Origin: Saprolegnia diclina VS20
Taxonomy: Eukaryota
Direction: 5' to 3'
NCBI RefSeq assembly: GCF_000281045.1
Contig: NW_008246073.1
Coordinates: 586,323 to 613,719, forward strand
DNA: 27,397 nucleotides
Shown: in pieces, positions 20,402 through 27,397 of the stretch
How positions within the stretch are numbered: the stretch's first letter is position 1
How the letters are laid out: every line of letters starts with the position of its first letter
Program-made: the position numbers and the translations under genes
Notes under the pieces: generated by a model
What the model saw: the letters and a program-made list of their open reading frames with translations, nothing else
What the model was told of the DNA's origin: nothing
Database searches by the model: none

Positions 20402-20704
20402 CCTATTGGAAGCACTCGAGCGTTCATCGCAACGGGGGAGGCAGGTCTGCGCCGACCGTGCGACGACGCATGGCCGCAAGCGTCACAGGACCTGCAGAGT
20501 CTCTCCTCGCAGTCTTGTCATCCAGTGGCTTCGCGTCCATGTCATGGCGTGTTGGCTGCAATTCGTAGACCAGCAATTGCCCCGAGCGTTGAATACGCAT
20601 TCGGTCGACCGCTCCATCGTGTAAGAACCTTCTTCGAGCGCCAGGGTCTCTGCGCAAAGCAGCATCACTGGCGCGTCGCCTCTCGCATCGTGCCGTCCGT
20701 ACGC

Positions 20705-20893
20705 CCAATGCATGCGCCGAGCGTGCGCTCATTGACATGGATGGGTGTTTATGGCGCGCCGATTCGCTTTCCGCCAATCACAGCGCCGAGGCCAGTGGTC
20801 CTACGCCAATCGGCGGGCACGAATGGTTTTGCATTTCAGCCAATCGGAGGAGGCCGTAGTTACTGGTTTTGGAAGGACGTGCGTTCTGATTGG
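20705..20893. promoter_or_regulatory. Cluster of five CCAAT boxes in the divergent ATP12/RPL38 intergenic region
   Basis: CCAAT at 20705, 20774, 20806 and 20840, and ATTGG at 20889; most are in GCCAATC context. Confidence 0.6.
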
Positions 20894-21004
20894 CCGTTCG
20901 CATCCTTGGTGTGCAGTGTTCCCAGCCAGTGAGCTCGGTTTGGTGCGATCGCCGAGCCGATTACTTTGCTGCAGTTGCCACATTAACCAAGCCAGTAGTA
21001 GACA

Positions 21005-21309
21005 ATGGTACGACGACGAAACCTTGGCGCCCCCGCCTCTGGCGGCGACATGCGCTGGCATGATCATGATCATGATGGCTCATGCCTCCTCTCCTCCTGT
21101 AGCCGAAGCAGATTACCGACATCCGTGATTTCCTCCAGAAGGCGCGCCGAAAGGACGCCCGCTCGGTCAAGATCAAGAAGACCCCGCAGGTCGTCAAGTT
21201 CAAGATCCGCTGCTCCAAGTACCTCTACACGCTCTGCGTCACGGACACGGAGAAGGCCGACAAGCTCACCCAGTCGCTCCCCCCGGGCCTCCCGCGCAAG
21301 GACATCTAA
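21005..21309 (+). CDS. RPL38: 60S ribosomal protein L38 (eL38); exons 21005-21007 (ATG only) and 21103-21309
   Basis: [27 protein letters not shown]...[13 protein letters not shown]...[18 protein letters not shown] intron 21008-21102. Not in the supplied ORF track. Confidence 0.97.
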
Positions 21310-21635
21310 GCGCTCTTTTGCTGACTTCACGGTAGCTTCTTGTGGCGTGGTTGACAGACCCCTCTTGGACCTTGGCATGTTGTTGCAACTTCTCCATCGA
21401 AAAGCCAAGTTTCTTTGGAGATTAATAGCCCCAAATCCAATGGTTTTGTGACTGCACTCGCGTCTTGCCACTTGATAGTGCCACCGACTCTATCGCCCGA
21501 CGCCGGAGCAAAGAGCTGCGGGTGCTCTCCTCTGCTGGGACCGCTGCTTACAAGGATCGCCACGCAAGATGAGTAGAGAGTGACAAGCAAGCGCAGACAG
21601 CAACAGACACACGACAGTAGATTAGGAGGTGATCT

Positions 21636-23918
21636 CTACCCAACGAGATCTTTTCGCATCATGGCATACGCAAACGACGCGCTCGGGCGCTGCATCGGGT
21701 CGGGGTGCACGCAGGACTTGGCGACGGCCTTGATGATCGCAGGGCACGTGTCGAAGGCGTAGAGCCCGAGCAAGCTCGTAATGTCGACTTCATCAGGAAA
21801 GGCAGCGGATGGGTCGCTCGCGGTTTGGATCCACGTCCGTCGGCTGAGCTGCCACGGCGTCACGGCCGCATCCAGAAGCATGAGGAGAACGCCGAACGCG
21901 TACATGTCGGTGGCGCTCGAGATTGCGCACCCCGTGAGCACTTCGGGCGCGAGGAAGATGCGGTCTTCGGTCCGACTCTGGTCGTCGTCGATCGCGCTAT
22001 CGTCGACGAGTGCGAGCGTGTGCAGCTTGCAGCCCTGCGCACTGTCGACAAACACAGTCTTGCCCGTCAAGCCGTGGTAGACAAAGTCGTGTTCGTGGAC
22101 TTGGAGCAGCGCAAGGGCGACCTCGAGGGCCATTTGGCGCTTCCCGCTATGCCACGAGAGACTGCGGTGTCCAAGGAGGAGGACGCTCTCGAGCGTCCCG
22201 CTGTCGAGGAACTCAAGTGCCACGTCCATTTGAACGCCAACGTCGACGGACCGCCACACGACGCCCACGACGTTCATGAGCCGCGGATGCCGGAGCGTCG
22301 AGAGCATCGAGAGAAGCGAGAGCGCCTTGTCTTGCGTGAGTGGCAGGACGCGGTTGAGGTACACGGGTGACCCGCGGACTTTGGCCAAGAGCATGTCGAA
22401 CCGGTTGTGCTTGAAGACTACCGCGTGCGCCGAGACATCGACGTCGCGCGCCGCAATCTCGTGGTGGAGACTCCGCATCGAGAGCGCTGCGGCCGAGAGC
22501 GACGAGCGCGCTGTGAGGAGCGCACTGCTCGGGCGCACCGACGCGCACGGCTGAAAGGTCGCCGTGTCCGTCGCGCCCTGCAGGTCATCGTCGACGTGAA
22601 CCGACGCCTGGCGGTTCGTGGCTTGGTTCTTCTTGGCTCTGGACGCTGCCCGCTTGCTCCGGAAGAGAAGCAAGTAGACACCGACACCGAGCACGGCGAG
22701 GCACCCGAGACCGATAAATAGGTAAAACGCGTACCCGCGACTCGTCTCACTGGGGGATGGTGTCGGTGCTGGCGCTGTCGTCGTCGACTCGATCATGTGC
22801 AGCGGGTCTGACGGGGCGACCGTCGAGCCTAGTGTGGGTATCGCTTAGTTTGCGGGATGCATGGTGGTAGAGTCGCGTACTGCTCATGCAGTACTGCAAG
22901 CCTTGGACGTTCTTCGGGGCCGTGTTGGACGGACACGGCATTGACGGCGAGCCGGTGGCAGTCAACGTCGCAAGGTTTCTCAGAAATTTTTCGTCGCTAC
23001 TGCTGAGCAAGACACTCTGAAGCGGGTTCATCGAGATGTCGAGCTGCTTGAGCGACTTCATGCCAAAGACATTGCCAGGAATCGTCGCAAGGTTGTTGTT
23101 GGCTAAGTTCCTAAACACGCGTGAGCGATCTCGACGTGATGTGACGCGATGTTTACAGCGTTTCGATCGACTCGACGTGCAAAATGTTGTTGAACTCGTC
23201 CGGCGACAGCTTGACTTGCTTGAGCTGCCTACCCGTTGCATTTGGCCCTCATTCTGTACTGAAGCAACACGTACAAGGAGGTGATGTTGGGGAAGATCGT
23301 GAGCGCGCTAATATTGGGCACGAAAAGTTGCTCGACCGACCTATTATACAGGCGATGAGCTCAAGGAAGAAGACTGCATGGACGTACAGTGAACGCAAAC
23401 CCGGCGCGCGCTTGATGCTTGTCGCCGATACGTCGATCGTTGTCGAGGGGTTGTCGACCTTGTCGCGGGGCAGGAGTCGTCTACGCCGTCATGAGCCATC
23501 GTGCTTATCATCGCACATGTCGTTCGTACAGAGAGGTGACCGTCGGTGGCAGCACGAGACTGTCGATGCGTTTAATGTCGGCGACGTTTGCGCTGTTGGG
23601 GTCCGCGACACCGACGAGGTACGTCCACGCATCAGCCGGCTGTACGAGACAGAGCACTTTGCACTTGTTGGGTCCGACGCCCTCGTGGCACAGACCGGGC
23701 TTTTGGTTGGCGCAGCCTGTCGCAGTGTCCTTGGCGCCGAAGACGAGGCACGACGCCGTCGTCGAGTTGGCCGATGTCTCGTTGCAGGCACCGTAGCAGG
23801 ACGACGTGAGTGTGTTGGCGCTCGGGACGACGCAGTTGGCGACGATGTCCTGGGCCATGGCCATCGTAGCTAATAGGACTGGGCTCCCCCACCCGACACC
23901 GCTCAAGCAGGCGCGCAT
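21636..23918 (-). CDS. LRR receptor-like kinase 2 (TKL type), predicted pseudokinase; multi-exon
   Basis: Hydrophobic leader, Cys-rich N-cap, LRR exons (NLANNNLATIPGNVFGMKSLKQLDISMNPL), Thr/Pro stalk, TM FYLFIGLGCLAVLGVGVYLLLF followed by RSKR. Kinase fold with LRHPRL, LEFLDSGTL, FLAPEVL, TDMYAFGVLL, RPSA; VAIK Lys, HRD and DFG all missing. Confidence 0.87.
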
Positions 23919-25488
23919 TCGAGTGTCAGCCTTTCTCAGCGGCCGCCAAATTTGTCAGGCTTGGGTGTCTATTTCACCGCACTTGGTCTTCGTATGCCGC
24001 GCCTGTCCTCGTATGGTGTGTGTAATCTGTCGTCTGTGTGAAAGCCAGGCGGGCGAACAGGTTTTGTACTTGCATTTTGTAAGCAATGAGTTTCCCACAT
24101 GCAAATCACACGTAAATCACACCTACACACCCACTGGCGCCAGACGCGGGCTATGGCAACGTCATGCTGCGCGCCTCTGCTCGGGTCTTCAAGCGAGCGC
24201 GACGTGCAAAGAAAGAGGGCAAGAATGCGCGCCAAGTGAGTGTCATCGCCAAAGTAGCTGCTCCGAGCTGCAACTCGTCGCGTCGGCACGTCCTTTCTCG
24301 GATCTGACAGCATAAATGTGCGCCGTGCCGGTCGCGATCAGCCCTTCCCGTCGCCCTCCCACGGCAAACGACGACGTCATTGCACGCGTCATTGACGGTG
24401 TAGCGGCTCGCTCGCTTGTTGTGCATCGTACTGTAGATGTGCACAACGTTAGTCCTGGAGCTTGTGTAAGCGACGAAGAGCTGTCGAGCTCCATGCCGTC
24501 GAGAAGCCACGCGGTACTAGGACGGCCACAGACGCGTGTGTGACCGGTGTATTGGTAGAGCTGATCTAGACATGTGAATGTCGGCTTTGCACAGAAGTCA
24601 AAGACCTTCCACCATTATGGCAAAGTTGCCAACAATCGTACCAACTGCTTGGGCTCTGGAATAAGAATGGCCAAGATGGACAATGGCTTCCGTGGTAAGC
24701 GGGCAAAAGGACCGCATGCTGCAACACTGTTGTAGAGACGCAGTGAAGTGCTCTTGAGGGTATTTCGCAAAACGCCCTCGTATAACAATGAACCCAATTA
24801 AACACGTCGTTGCAGTGCCGGGGAGGGAGTGCGTTCCTGCCAAGGGAGCATAACCCAAGTTTCTGTAGTACTCTTGGTACCAAACCCGTAATCGCAGCAA
24901 ACAACTTCACTCCATGCACCGAGAAATTAGCTGTGAGAGGGTAGTGGACTACTTGTTTGAAGCCTGGGTGCTTCATTGGTCGAGGTCTTTCTCCGCTCGG
25001 CGCACCTGTCCTTCGCTCCCAGATATAGCAGCAGCCATGATTAGCGATGGCAGGTCGTCCCTCAGCGCAAGAATAGACTGCTGTGAAAAGCATACGACAC
25101 CTCAACATGCAACTAGCGCGAGTCAACGAGTTCTTTACAATGTCTCGTTCTCAACTCTACTCACTTCTACGCGCGTCCACGTACGCTCGATTCCTCGCCG
25201 ACCTCTTTTCTCTACGTGGTGCTATCGGAAGAAAGCTCCGGTGGGGTGTCGAGATATTTACAGAAAGATCGGCGGAAAACGGATCTTTCGAACGCCCAAC
25301 TTGAAGGAAAAGCAAATCCAGCCAATCAAACGCTCGACGCCCGCCAGCAACGGTCGCGTCAAAGCCTCGATTCCGCCTTCTCTTGCTTCTCGTATGCAAA
25401 TGTCTATTTCCAGGTGCCGAACTCCATTTTCTCAATCGACGTTTTGACGACTTGGATCTTTCGGCTCCAATTTATAGACTCCCGACAA

Positions 25489-25504
25489 GCTCATTTCGCA
25501 TTTG
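25489..25504 (+). promoter_or_regulatory. Oomycete INR/FPR core promoter GCTCATTTCGCATTTG of alpha-tubulin; CCAAT at ~25322
   Basis: Near-exact match to the 16-nt oomycete transcription-start motif GCTCATTYBNNNWTTY, starting 90 nt upstream of the ATG. Confidence 0.8.
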
Positions 25505-25566
25505 TAGACTAAGCTCCCTCACGCAGCTTCGTGTACCCGCGACCTCTGTCTTCCTCAACCACTTAA

Positions 25567-26481
<915 letters not shown>

Positions 26482-26581
26482 NNNNNNNNNNNNNNNNNNN
26501 NNNNNNNNNNNNNNNNNNNNNNNNNNNNNNNNNNNNNNNNNNNNNNNNNNNNNNNNNNNNNNNNNNNNNNNNNNNNNNNNN
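26482..26581. other. Assembly gap (nominal 100 N)
   Basis: Run of N, too short to hold the ~150 missing tubulin codons, so the true size is larger or the join is wrong. Confidence 1.
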
Positions 26582-27397
26582 TCGTTTGGTCGTACGTCTG
26601 TCTCGATGCATTGTCGAGCGTGAATGGCACCAAGACCACCGAGTTGCGTTATCCGGATGATACGTCGTATCCGGATGTCATAGCTTCGCAAACTGTGATG
26701 CCAGGAAGAGCTGGAGTCTGGTCCGACCTGCTGTGGCAATGCACGCAGGAGACGTTGCACAGCCAACACGGAGCACAAGACTTGGCTAAGCAAGCCACAT
26801 ACGCTCAACTACAGTCAACATGGAGCACCAGGTCGCCTGGCTATGCTCGCTGGCTCTACCCTGTGGAAGGTAGCTTTCGAAATTGCAAGATCTATCTATC
26901 TATGCCGGGACAGCTACTTCGACTGGCGCCGGATCGCTTGTGAGGTCGTCCGAGTCTCTCCACCGCAAGCCAAAGGCATGATGGATACCGAGGTGAAGCT
27001 ACTACCAAGACATAATGGTGATGATCGCTTGCGACTACGAAACGAGACCAAGAGTCAAGGGCGAGGCATTCGAAGAATCAGCAACTTGGATGGTGTGCCT
27101 CTTTGAAGATGGGCGACGCTCTGGCTTCGCGGCAAGAAACGGTGGTGACTGCTGCATTAGCAAAGCAGCGGTAATACAACGCTTGACGTTGTACAAACTG
27201 TGAACAGCGTTTCTGCTGCCTCTGTTCTGGGCCAGGCGAGGGTCTTCATCTGCGCAGGCATCTCGCTTATCGAGGCGACAGTCAGGGATATACTCGGTCT
27301 TCTTTCTTCTGGAGCAGTCGAAAGGCAAGATGCTTATAGATGTCACCTCGTTCTAACGTGCGCTGACAAGCAATTCTTCTCATTCGATTATGCGACC

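Noticed and set aside
21008..21102. Intronic box C/D snoRNA in RPL38
   Set aside because: ATGAT words are present, but there is no box D (CTGA) near the 3' end.

Overview
Gene-dense eukaryotic DNA with GC-rich codons, very short (mostly ~40-55 nt) GT-AG introns and oomycete-type INR/FPR core promoters. It is most consistent with a saprolegnialean oomycete (Saprolegnia/Achlya-like); this is an inference. Manually spliced genes, left to right: the 3' end of a METTL16-type methyltransferase (+), a small basic AROS-like protein (+), a COA3-like protein (-), sterol 14-alpha-demethylase CYP51 (+), a >1,550-aa disordered protein with at least 15 copies of a conserved 'EILAIFSDGDELPRD' module (-), LRR receptor-like pseudokinase 1 (-), a stretch of probable retroelement debris, STT3 (+), a signal-peptide-bearing SETD3/LSMT-type SET protein with eroded catalytic motifs (+), an aureochrome-like bZIP-PAS factor (-), ATP12 (-), RPL38 (+, missed by the ORF track), LRR receptor-like pseudokinase 2 (-), and alpha-tubulin (+) cut by an assembly gap. 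There are three N-gaps. The best candidates for new biology are the multivalent repeat protein, the apparently secreted pseudo-SET protein, the two differently 'dead' receptor kinases, the LOV-less aureochrome-like factor and a recurrent TCCGGATA promoter motif. All assignments come from reading motifs by eye; no database search was run.
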